DNA of 64,000 nucleotides from a virus. This document shows, piece after piece, positions 9,564 to 18,034 of this stretch. The stretch is taken from the UHGV virus genome UHGV-0028991. One strand, given 5' to 3'. The translations under genes and the position numbers were made by a program. Within the stretch, counting starts at the first letter, position 1, and every line of letters starts with the position of its first letter. The notes under the pieces are model-generated. The model searched no databases, was not told where the DNA came from, and saw only the letters and a program-made list of their open reading frames with translations.

Positions 9564-10241
9564 TTAATCCTCCATTCTATATTTTTCTGTTTTTGTCCAG
9601 CCGTCAAACCAGTATAAAACAATATCCGCAGTATTTACGCCGAGCGCCTTCGATATTTCATTCTTTTCCTGCCCGTATTCGTGCACATAAATATATACTT
9701 CCTCGCCGCTTTCGTCTTGTATGCTCCACTCCGTGCCCTCGTTAAAGTATTCAGCTTCAAAATATTTGAGCTCCTTTACTGTCCATTCGTCCGACGGATA
9801 ATAAATATAATTCCAGTCAGATTGGCCATAACCATGGATAATTTTGCAATTCCATTTTTGCCCGGTAACGACCGTAAGAATGGCGCATAAAATAGGATAT
9901 TCCTCGTGGCTTTTGCACCATGCATATTGCAAAACTAACTTTTTTAATGCTCCTATGTCTTGAGTGCTATACTTTACTTTTCCCGGCATTTCTGGGGGCA
10001 AATATTCCACAATTGCTTCTGTGATATTTTTATACCATTGTTTCCATTCGTTGCGATTTTCCAACACTTCCGCCAATTCTCCGACGGAAAGAACGTTATA
10101 GACTCGTTCGAATACTTCCGGGCAATGCTCTATATAATCACGATTGCCGCATACGGCTATATTGTCTGGGAAAAATTCATCGCTTGAAAACAACGGGCTT
10201 TCTTGATATTCGGGCGCTACCTGATAAGCTTTGTATTTCAT
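9564..10241 (-). CDS. hypothetical Trp/Tyr/Glu-rich protein (about 225 aa, start MKYKAYQVAPEY)
   Basis: AAGGAG RBS sits 8 nt upstream of this ATG. The longer ORF in the track begins at TTG with no RBS. Confidence 0.45.
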   Translation of the reverse strand: MKYKAYQVAPEYQESPLFSSDEFFPDNIAVCGNRDYIEHCPEVFERVYNVLSVGELAEVLENRNEWKQWYKNITEAIVEYLPPEMPGKVKYSTQDIGALKKLVLQYAWCKSHEEYPILCAILTVVTGQKWNCKIIHGYGQSDWNYIYYPSDEWTVKELKYFEAEYFNEGTEWSIQDESGEEVYIYVHEYGQEKNEISKALGVNTADIVLYWFDGWTKTEKYRMED

Positions 10242-10278
10242 TTTTGCAATCTCCTTTTTGATTTTTGATTTTTCAATT

Positions 10279-10398
10279 TCAATTTTCAGCGTTGCGGTTG
10301 CGGGCTTGTTTGTCGCTCTTGCGTAGTTCGTGCAGGATGCCAAAAAACAGGCAACCAGGCACAAAGCCGCCAATTAAACAAAGCGCGAAAAATTCCAT
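10279..10398 (-). CDS. 39-aa hydrophobic peptide (MEFFALCLIGGFVPGCLFFGILHELRKSDKQARNRNAEN)
   Basis: AAGGAGG RBS 6 nt upstream of the ATG; one predicted transmembrane helix and a basic tail; absent from the ORF track because it is under 60 aa. Confidence 0.45.
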   Translation of the reverse strand: MEFFALCLIGGFVPGCLFFGILHELRKSDKQARNRNAEN

Positions 10399-10451
10399 TT
10401 TGAAAACCTCCTTGAATTCTGAAAACTGATTTTTCAATCTGCATTTTCGAG

Positions 10452-10886
10452 CTAGTCGAACAGTTCGGAAAGCTCGGGCGTGTCGTCGATGGTGTCAATA
10501 TAATTTCGATTTTCTAGCATGCTTTCGATGATATAATGATCGAGTAGCCCGGGATAATCTTTGTAGTCAGCGGATACAAGATTACCGTATCCGTTATATC
10601 TGAAATATTCGCGGTTTGGATTGAAAGCGCCGTATTCCCTGTTGCCGCTTGCGTCTGTTGTCCAGGTCTTTTCATCGTAGCCATAAAAAGCGCGGGAAAG
10701 AATTTCGCTCGGCTCTGTACCGTTATAAAGCTCGTCGAGCTCGTCCATATTATAATAACGATCGTCTTCAAGATATCCGTTGTATGCGTCGAGCTCCTCC
10801 GCTGCGGCGTTGTAGGTGTCTTCGTGCTCCTTAAAATATGCAATAATTTCATCTATGATTTTTTTGGCTGTACGTGTGTTTTTCAT
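10452..10886 (-). CDS. highly acidic protein (144 aa; many D, E and Y)
   Basis: ORF with AGGAG RBS; composition resembles DNA-mimic or immunity-type proteins, but no motif was identified. Confidence 0.45.
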   Translation of the reverse strand: MKNTRTAKKIIDEIIAYFKEHEDTYNAAAEELDAYNGYLEDDRYYNMDELDELYNGTEPSEILSRAFYGYDEKTWTTDASGNREYGAFNPNREYFRYNGYGNLVSADYKDYPGLLDHYIIESMLENRNYIDTIDDTPELSELFD

Positions 10887-10976
10887 TTTCTTGTTTCTCC
10901 TCTATCTGTTTTTTTGTTTTTTTGGTGCAGGGGCTCGGGGCGGATGCTGTGTCCGCCCCTGCTGTCCTGCTTTGGT

Positions 10977-11078
10977 TTACTGCTTTTTGATTGTCTCGGC
11001 AATCTCGGACAGTATCGCGGCAATCATTGCTAGCGTTTCGCGGATTGCTGCAAGCTCGCGTTCTGTTTTGGTGCTCAT
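10977..11078 (-). CDS. 33-aa peptide (MSTKTERELAAIRETLAMIAAILSEIAETIKKQ)
   Basis: AAGGAGG RBS immediately upstream of the ATG; amphipathic helix; below the track threshold. Confidence 0.35.
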   Translation of the reverse strand: MSTKTERELAAIRETLAMIAAILSEIAETIKKQ

Positions 11079-11199
11079 GTTTTCGCCTCCTTTCGTTTCT
11101 TTCTGGCTTTATTGTATCACCCGCGGCGGGCTGATTCAATGTATTTTTTATAAACCTTTTGTAAACAGATTCTGAACGAAATGCATAAAATTTTGTATA

Positions 11200-12350
11200 A
11201 TTGCATAAAACCACAAGCGTTTTGTGTGTTGATGGGAGGCTGTAGAAACTATACTATAATATAATTGCATGCATACGCGCGCGAGAATTATAATAGTATA
11301 GTCATATATATGATATTATTATTATTGTAACTATACTGTTATAGTTGATATAGTGCAGTTATAACGGTGCTTTGATATAATGATATAATTATTAAAATTT
11401 TTATAGTTTATTTTAATAATTATAGGATCGTGAAAAATGGGCTTGAGGTTTTTATAACCGGAATAGCGCATTTCCGCGTAATGCGTAAACGTTGTTCACT
11501 AAAAACCGCCCACTTTTGATAATATCATTCTTTATCATTTTACCAGTCAACGGAAATAATGAACGCTCGCTCAGTGTTTCAGCAGTACTGCATCGGATGC
11601 AAAGTGGCCGATGTTGCCATAATTGCATCATTGCCAAGAATTGACAGTAAATTATACTATATAATACTCATTTTATAGTAAATTTTTCAATTGCTATATG
11701 TTCATTCATTCATACAGCCGGGGCTATGTTTCAAATGGCAAGAAATGGAAATTTGCTGAAATGCCGGGTAGTATAAGAATATCGCAAACTCAAACTTAAA
11801 ACTTATAAATAATATATTACTATCAATACAAGCAAACAATAATATATAGCATATATAATTATCATAATAAATTTATAGCTATTATGATCATATAGCTGTA
11901 TATTATATTATAATACAATATAATAAACATATATAATACAATCTATCAAGACAGCATAATAATATAATATTATTAAAATAATATAGTTATAATTTAATAA
12001 TCATAGTCCGTGATGTCAATAATGATAATGTCCGCTATTATAAACAATATAGTCCAATGAGTATATAATAATAAACATCAATACAAAATGACCGAGTTGC
12101 AAGGGCGAAGCCCGCAGCAACAAAGCCTTATTATTCGGGCGCAAGCACGAATAATGGGGCTTAGGGGTTGGGGTGTGGGGAGGGGCTTGCCCCTATCCCC
12201 ACTATATAATTATTAAATAATTATGAACGGTTAAATTATATATATAGTATAATTTAATATAAATATAGAAAAGCTCAAATGTGAACAAATTGTAAAAAAC
12301 TTGTCCCAAAATTGGTCAAGTATATATATTCTTTCTTTGGTGCTTTCTTT
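11200..12350. repeat. second AT-rich repeat region between divergent genes
   Basis: About 1.2 kb of AT-rich repeats (ataatata and tatataat families), a G-run block at 12155-12184 and the motif TTCTTTGGTGCTTTCTTT at 12329-12352. Confidence 0.55.
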
Positions 12351-12360
12351 CTTAAAACAC

Positions 12361-12389
12361 TTGACATTGCAGAATTAACTTGATATACT
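12361..12389 (+). promoter_or_regulatory. near-consensus sigma-70 promoter (TTGACA, 17 nt, TATACT)
   Basis: cacTTGACAttgcagaattaacttgaTATACTcat lies about 40 nt upstream of the 12429 start. Confidence 0.55.
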
Positions 12390-12428
12390 CATGCTTGTCG
12401 GAGCACTTCTGACAGAAAGGACGATTTA

Positions 12429-13454
12429 ATGAAATTTACAAAAGACCAAATTGTCAAGCTTAAAGACCTTGAGGGAAATACCGCGTCATATGCCAATCTA
12501 TGCAAGACATTGGGCATCAAGCAATCTGGTGGAAATCAAAAGAAAACATTTTTCAAAGACCTTGAAGCATACTGTGATTTTGAAAAGGTCGAAGGCGCAG
12601 ACAGATATAACATTGTCAAAGTTTATGACGAAGCCGCATCTGCCTTGGTCCAATCTAAAATTACAGGCGTGCCAAAACAGCAGCTTTTGTTTGACGCTGT
12701 TTTGTATTCTGCTCTTCTGCCCTACCCCAAAGAATCCCTTTATGTCAGCAACTTGGAACTGCTTCAATTGTTCGGCGAGGTCAATGATAATTTTAAGTAT
12801 TGTGTCAATATCGACCGCCTAAAAGAAGTGTCTGATGGTGAGGACATTTTATACATGAACGATATGAGCAAGACTGTTTACCACATTTTGTCAAGATGGA
12901 CTAAGCGTCGAATTCAAAACATGAACGAGCGGCATGTTATTATGCACCGTTATGGCTTTAGGCTATACACAATCATTAAATCGAAAGAGGACGGCATTGA
13001 ATACAAGATTGCCAAGAATGTTCCAATTGGCTCAAATCTTGAAAAACGATGCCAGGCTGTTTGGGGCAGAGCATTAAGAAGCGTCGAGGGCGAAGATTTT
13101 CTTATGTCTGACGGCTCACTTGGTTGGATGCCAGAAGAAAAGTGGCATTTGTTTGAAATCAATCTGCGCAACATGGTTAGAGCCGAGTTTGAAGCTGAGG
13201 ACTATTCCGACATGCGTGTTGTCAATGTTATCTGGGGCGCAGAAGAATCTTTCTTGCGCGAAGAAATTAAGCGACTTTATCAGCGCATTATTGCATTAGA
13301 TAATATTCAAGAGCGGGCGCAAGGTAAAGTCCGCGAGACGAAGCAACTCGATGCAGAATTTGAAAAACAAGACCGAGAAGAATTTATTGATTATAACATG
13401 ACCGATGAGCCGCCAAGATGGTTCGATAAGAAGAAGAACAAGAAACGGTCATAA
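12429..13454 (+). CDS. hypothetical protein (341 aa), first gene of the rightward block
   Basis: ORF downstream of a strong promoter; basic C-terminal tail (KKKNKKRS); no recognised motif. Confidence 0.4.
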   Translation: MKFTKDQIVKLKDLEGNTASYANLCKTLGIKQSGGNQKKTFFKDLEAYCDFEKVEGADRYNIVKVYDEAASALVQSKITGVPKQQLLFDAVLYSALLPYPKESLYVSNLELLQLFGEVNDNFKYCVNIDRLKEVSDGEDILYMNDMSKTVYHILSRWTKRRIQNMNERHVIMHRYGFRLYTIIKSKEDGIEYKIAKNVPIGSNLEKRCQAVWGRALRSVEGEDFLMSDGSLGWMPEEKWHLFEINLRNMVRAEFEAEDYSDMRVVNVIWGAEESFLREEIKRLYQRIIALDNIQERAQGKVRETKQLDAEFEKQDREEFIDYNMTDEPPRWFDKKKNKKRS

Positions 13455-13562
13455 ATACCAAAAATTTTAACCGTATGACGATTAAACAGTATAGGGATAG
13501 TAAGTATATACCTAACAAACAAATGCGCTTAAATCGAAAAATAATAGCATTTATGGCAATAT

Positions 13563-13612
13563 AAAAAAAATAGGCCGTCAGACCAGTTAAGTCCAACGGC
13601 TTTAATTTCGAT
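13563..13612. terminator. bidirectional rho-independent terminator between convergent genes
   Basis: Hairpin AGGCCGU...ACGGCUU flanked by an A-tract upstream and a T-tract downstream on the plus strand. Confidence 0.5.
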
Positions 13613-13613
13613 T

Positions 13614-13874
13614 TTATTTATGTCCGGTTCGGTCTGCCACCTCTTTTCTGAGGTATTTTAGATAGAACAGCGCTTTATCAATGTCTTGTAGCCCGTTTTT
13701 CTTTTTAAAGCGCCATGTATATTTTATTACATTGGCAACACAGACGGCTTCAATTCCTTGTTTGTCTACGGTTGCAGCTTTTATTGCGTCAAGACATTCA
13801 ATTCCGCCTTGCGTGTAATGAGATGGATGCTGCACCATATCGTCCTTGGGTTTGGTTGTTTCAGATTTTTTCAT
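13614..13874 (-). CDS. DUF3310-like small phage protein (about 86 aa, start MKKSETTK)
   Basis: Contains the HPSHY motif characteristic of the DUF3310 family; GGAGGAAAG RBS upstream of the internal ATG. Confidence 0.5.
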   Translation of the reverse strand: MKKSETTKPKDDMVQHPSHYTQGGIECLDAIKAATVDKQGIEAVCVANVIKYTWRFKKKNGLQDIDKALFYLKYLRKEVADRTGHK

Positions 13875-15003
13875 TGCTTTCCTCCAATTCTTCAAGGTCT
13901 TTATTTCCATATCGGACTTCTTGTCCGTATATGTTCTTTAATGCGTCAACTGCCTCTTCAACAGTGATATAGAAGAATTCTCTGTTTGGCGATACGCGCT
14001 TAGAGTCGAAATGTGCATGCATCTTAGATTCAATGTCAAATGCATCATCACAGAAGCAATAAGCATTAAGCGCAAACGGCTCAGGAAGTGAGGACGAGCT
14101 GAGCTCTCGCACGCGCGTATAAGGAGACAATCTCCTTGTAACGCCAATTTTCTGAATTCTGGGCAAGGACGGTGAAGAAATAACATACACAAATCCCGCT
14201 TTTTTATTTCTTGCTCTGTACTGCAAGCTTGCAATTCTGCGGTCAATGTTGGTTATGTTTTGCTTTAAGACTCTTGCCTCTTCGTCGTTGAGCGTGCGAC
14301 CATATGCAAGTTCCATTGATAGGCGTTCTTCTTTGAGCTTTCTTGTTTCGGCTTCAATTTCAAGTAGCAGTTGTTCCTGTTCTTTTAACAGGCGTTTTTC
14401 TTCTCTGAGTTTAATCCGTTCTGCTTTTGCCCGTTCTTTGATAAGGACATTAAGGCGCATAAGTTCAATGCGTAGGCTTGCATATTTTGAGTTTAATGAA
14501 ACGCCTACCATTTTTGTTTTGCGTTGTAGAGTATTAAAGCGGTCGGTTGCATGTTTCATCGCAAGCGCAAGAGGACTTACAGAGCAAGTCTTTTCTTTCT
14601 GTTCCACGTAAGCGTTGAATGCATACAGGCACCCAGTCGCAACAGCCTTTTGCAAATCATTTCCTTTTGCTCTTGAGCCTTCGATAGTATATTGCTCGTC
14701 AACTCTCCACAGACCATCTGCTGAAAGTAACTTTCTTGTTGAGTAATCACTGCCCGCCAGTTCTTGTATTTGCATTAAGACGGTCGCTTTCTTGCTTTCA
14801 AGTTCAGAGCAAGATAAATTACTGGGTATGATAGTCCTAATTCCAAAGTCTGACAGAACTTCTTGTGTTTCTATTGAATCACGCAGAAGTTTCAGGCGCT
14901 CATTGAGCTCGTTGGTTTCGGCGTTTAATCTTGCTTTCGTTGATTCAAGCGAAGCGACTTGGCGCTCAAGCGTTTTCTTTTCTGTTTTTAATTTATCAAA
15001 CAT
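13861..15003 (-). CDS. DUF4041 plus T5orf172 (GIY-YIG-like nuclease) domain protein, about 380 aa
   Basis: N-terminal coiled-coil (DUF4041-like). C-terminal GFVYVISSPSLPRIQKIGVTRRLSPYTRVRELSSSSLPEPFALNAYCFCDDAFDIESKMHAHF matches the T5orf172 (MUG113-type) domain. AGGAG RBS before MFDKLKTEKK. Confidence 0.65.
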   Translation of the reverse strand: MFDKLKTEKKTLERQVASLESTKARLNAETNELNERLKLLRDSIETQEVLSDFGIRTIIPSNLSCSELESKKATVLMQIQELAGSDYSTRKLLSADGLWRVDEQYTIEGSRAKGNDLQKAVATGCLYAFNAYVEQKEKTCSVSPLALAMKHATDRFNTLQRKTKMVGVSLNSKYASLRIELMRLNVLIKERAKAERIKLREEKRLLKEQEQLLLEIEAETRKLKEERLSMELAYGRTLNDEEARVLKQNITNIDRRIASLQYRARNKKAGFVYVISSPSLPRIQKIGVTRRLSPYTRVRELSSSSLPEPFALNAYCFCDDAFDIESKMHAHFDSKRVSPNREFFYITVEEAVDALKNIYGQEVRYGNKDLEELEESNEKI

Positions 15004-15033
15004 TTTATTTCTCCTAACCATTCTTTGAAAATG

Positions 15034-15062
15034 ATTATATCACAAATATGCAAACTTGTCAA
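15034..15062 (-). promoter_or_regulatory. consensus sigma-70 promoter (TTGACA, 17 nt, TATAAT) driving the T5orf172 and DUF3310 genes
   Basis: Minus-strand reading TTGACAagtttgcatatttgtgaTATAAT is an exact consensus. Confidence 0.6.
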
Positions 15063-15081
15063 TAGAAAATTTGAAAAATTA

Positions 15082-15110
15082 TTGACTTTTTATAATTACA
15101 TCTATATACT
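15082..15110 (+). promoter_or_regulatory. sigma-70 promoter (TTGACT, 17 nt, TATACT) for the rightward acidic-ORF/RNAP operon
   Basis: aTTGACTttttataattacatctaTATACTtag lies about 30 nt upstream of the GAGGAGG RBS of the 15140 ORF; it is divergent from the 15034 promoter. Confidence 0.55.
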
Positions 15111-15139
15111 TAGAATATAAAGCAAGAGAGGAGGATATT

Positions 15140-15301
15140 ATGCGGTTTTATTCCGATAAGTCGCTTGAATTTGAAGAAGAATGGCTCAAAGCAAGAAGGT
15201 CGCGGCTTGAAACAACACCAGAAGAAATTGATTTTGACCTTGATTACTTTGACATTATAGATGATTTGGGCGATGATATGTATGACGCAGAGGAGGGCTG
15301 A
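15140..15301 (+). CDS. 53-aa highly acidic protein (MRFYSDKSLEFEEEWLKARRSRLETTPEEIDFDLDYFDIIDDLGDDMYDAEEG)
   Basis: GAGGAGG RBS; not in the ORF track (under 60 aa); sits directly upstream of the RNAP-like gene and is translationally coupled to it. Confidence 0.5.
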   Translation: MRFYSDKSLEFEEEWLKARRSRLETTPEEIDFDLDYFDIIDDLGDDMYDAEEG

Positions 15302-15303
15302 TA

Positions 15304-17871
15304 GTGCCTCTTGAAAAATTTCATTACATCTATTCAATCGGCACAGACGCATTATATACGCCCGAAGAAAAAGAAGTTCATAAAAAGCTCGTTAAGCTAT
15401 ACAAAATAAGAAAAAGGTGGAATTCCGACACGCAGAAATGGCGAAAAGCGTGTGTAAACCGCGTTATAAAGAAGTACAAGGCAAAATTGACCGAGCTTTT
15501 AGACAGGTCTTTGGAGCAGGACATTCACAGGACGGTTGACCCAAATTGTCTGAAAGACAAATTTGTTATCAATCTATTCGATTCTGAATTGACTCGTGCA
15601 TTGAATATGCCTGATTATCAGCTTAGCGATGAGTTGATAATGGTGAACGTGTATTTCTTCCAAGTGCTGAAGAGCATAATTTTTAATGGCTTTATATTGA
15701 ATGGTGAGAAATATGTATTTTATACGGCGTCGGCAGGGCAGATTCGCACAAAGCGGATGATTGCAATAAAAGAATCCTCTTATAAGAGAATTCAGGGGCG
15801 ATTGTTTTGTGGGCTGACGGTTGACAAGATAAATGTGCTGGGTGGCATCAATTCAAATAAATTTGCTGCTTATGCAGCTCTCACAAATTCTGCCACGGAC
15901 CAATGGGACGGCTTTGATATTCGTCGGGCAATAGTTGTCGATGATTTTGAAACAAAATTTTCAGCGCTTGTTGATTACATCAATTATGAGACATATGAGG
16001 TCAATCGCAAAACAATGGATGTTGACATCCCGTGTACAGATGGTTGGGGTATTGTTGATGGCGAGATGACGAGAATGTGCCGGGCACCATGGATTAAGGG
16101 CTTGCTTACACAGTTTCCTTTGCAACAGTGGCTAAGAGAAGAATGCCCGCATGATAAACGGACTGTCAAAGATGCTTGGGGCAAAGAGCACAATCTTGTC
16201 GAAGAAAACATTAAGGTTATTTTCTGCTTGAGCCAAATGAAGCTGAAAAAGTTCTATTCAAGTTGGGACGAATATTGCGGCGAATTTGAGAAGAACGGAT
16301 GCACAGTCAATTACTGCAACATGGAAGAGGAAAACATAAAGTCCTCTCGAATCAATTATCAGATGCTTCAGCAATTGTCCTCTATTACGCAAACCGAAAT
16401 CGACAGGCTTGTGAGACGGTCAAACGAGGACATTGAGAAAATCGGCGTTGATTATCGCACAACAATGAGGCTGCTTGGTGCAGACGATTGGAACAAGGAC
16501 AAGAGTAGCTTACAGGAAGCGTTGAATATTTATCCAGAATTGTTCAGAGACGAGTATTCAAAAGAAATTCTTCGGCAAACAAAGAAAAGCTTGGTTAAGC
16601 AGGCAAAGGCGGGCAAGGTTAGAGTAAATGGCAAATATTTGTTTGTTGCGCCGAATCCACTTCCGTTCTTGCGTTGGATGACGACGGGCGAGAAAAGCCC
16701 ATATGATGAGTTGGCGGATGGGGATGTGTATACAAATCAATTTTCCACCGATAGCGAATTGATGTTATTGCGGTCGCCGTCTCTTGGAAAAGAATGGGCA
16801 ATTAAGAAAAACAGGCGAAACGAATATTTAGATAAGTGGTTGGGTCAATCAAAATGCATTTACACAAGTAGCTATGACACTGTAAGTAAAATGCTGGCGT
16901 TCGATTGCGACGGTGACAAATTATTAGTAATTAAAGATTCCAACCTACTTAAAGTTGCAAAAAGAACAATGGATGGCGTTGTTCCGCTTTACTACGAAAT
17001 GAAAAAGGCGCAAGGTGGAGAATTAACGCCCGAAACAATATACCGTGGAATGTCGCTTGCTTACACATCGGGCAATATAGGTCCGATAAGCAATTTAATT
17101 ACAATTGTCCATAATAACGATGAGGAAAACAGAGAAGAAGCCGACCTTGCTATCAAATGGCTAACAATGGAAACAAACTTCCGAATTGATGGCAGCAAGA
17201 CACTATTCTTTTTAACACGACCGAATTTTGCCGACAAAATAATCAAGAAACACACAAAATCAAAGTTGCCAAACTTTTTCATTTATGCCAAAGATAAAAT
17301 GTATGACCCGAAACATCCTGAGAAATCACAGGTCGAGCCGCCCAATCAATCTGCAATGAACAGAATTGCGGCGGCTATTGTTCCGAGCAGATTAAAGTAT
17401 AATAAAAATTTAGGGCAACTTGATTATCGTATGCTTATGAATGTCGATGCGGGATTTATGATAAGTGATAATTGCCAAGCAATTAAATCCTACGATTATT
17501 GGCAGATGCGGGTTGGAACAATTGAAGTGCCCGAGAATGTATCTGCGGACGAGGATTTGTATATTTACAGAAAAATTCGCACACAGATACTCAATGAGTG
17601 TAGGTGGGATTTAGATTTCGTTGTAAATTCGCTTGTTGCATACTTATACACTGTTCGTCCGAACAGTCATAAAAAAATGTTGTGGGCATGCTTTGGCGAT
17701 GTGATTGTAAGAAATTTGAAAAATAATACAAAAGACCTTGGGCAGATTTGTCCGATTTGCGGGCGGCGATTCAAAGCAAAAGGCAACAACAAAGACAAGC
17801 AAATTGTGTGTTGTGCCGAGTGTAAAAACAAGTGGGATTCGGCAAGACGACACGACAGGACAGACGAATAA
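15304..17871 (+). CDS. putative YonO-like (RdRP-fold) single-subunit RNA polymerase, 855 aa
   Basis: AFDCDGDKLLVIKD matches the DxDGD catalytic motif of cellular RdRP/QDE-1-fold polymerases and of phage YonO. The protein is large and has a C-terminal Zn-ribbon (CPICG...CAECK). It sits at the head of the late-gene block. Confidence 0.45.
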   Translation: MPLEKFHYIYSIGTDALYTPEEKEVHKKLVKLYKIRKRWNSDTQKWRKACVNRVIKKYKAKLTELLDRSLEQDIHRTVDPNCLKDKFVINLFDSELTRALNMPDYQLSDELIMVNVYFFQVLKSIIFNGFILNGEKYVFYTASAGQIRTKRMIAIKESSYKRIQGRLFCGLTVDKINVLGGINSNKFAAYAALTNSATDQWDGFDIRRAIVVDDFETKFSALVDYINYETYEVNRKTMDVDIPCTDGWGIVDGEMTRMCRAPWIKGLLTQFPLQQWLREECPHDKRTVKDAWGKEHNLVEENIKVIFCLSQMKLKKFYSSWDEYCGEFEKNGCTVNYCNMEEENIKSSRINYQMLQQLSSITQTEIDRLVRRSNEDIEKIGVDYRTTMRLLGADDWNKDKSSLQEALNIYPELFRDEYSKEILRQTKKSLVKQAKAGKVRVNGKYLFVAPNPLPFLRWMTTGEKSPYDELADGDVYTNQFSTDSELMLLRSPSLGKEWAIKKNRRNEYLDKWLGQSKCIYTSSYDTVSKMLAFDCDGDKLLVIKDSNLLKVAKRTMDGVVPLYYEMKKAQGGELTPETIYRGMSLAYTSGNIGPISNLITIVHNNDEENREEADLAIKWLTMETNFRIDGSKTLFFLTRPNFADKIIKKHTKSKLPNFFIYAKDKMYDPKHPEKSQVEPPNQSAMNRIAAAIVPSRLKYNKNLGQLDYRMLMNVDAGFMISDNCQAIKSYDYWQMRVGTIEVPENVSADEDLYIYRKIRTQILNECRWDLDFVVNSLVAYLYTVRPNSHKKMLWACFGDVIVRNLKNNTKDLGQICPICGRRFKAKGNNKDKQIVCCAECKNKWDSARRHDRTDE

Positions 17872-18034
17872 AAATTCTATTTTTGTCGCGGCTGAAATTA
17901 GCCCGTAAATCAATTATTATATGAATGTTCAAACATCGGGCGTTCAAAACAAGACTATTCACTATGGGAAGAAGCCCATTTTGGACGATAAAAATTATGC
18001 CATTTGTGGCATTTAAGAAAGGGGTTCAATACAA

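Noticed and set aside
11452-11637. 61-aa ORF and a TTGACA...TATAAT-like sequence at 11640-11668 in the AT-rich region
   Set aside because: The ORF has no RBS. The hexamers are only 13 nt apart, so this is not a functional sigma-70 promoter. Such matches are expected by chance in AT-rich sequence.
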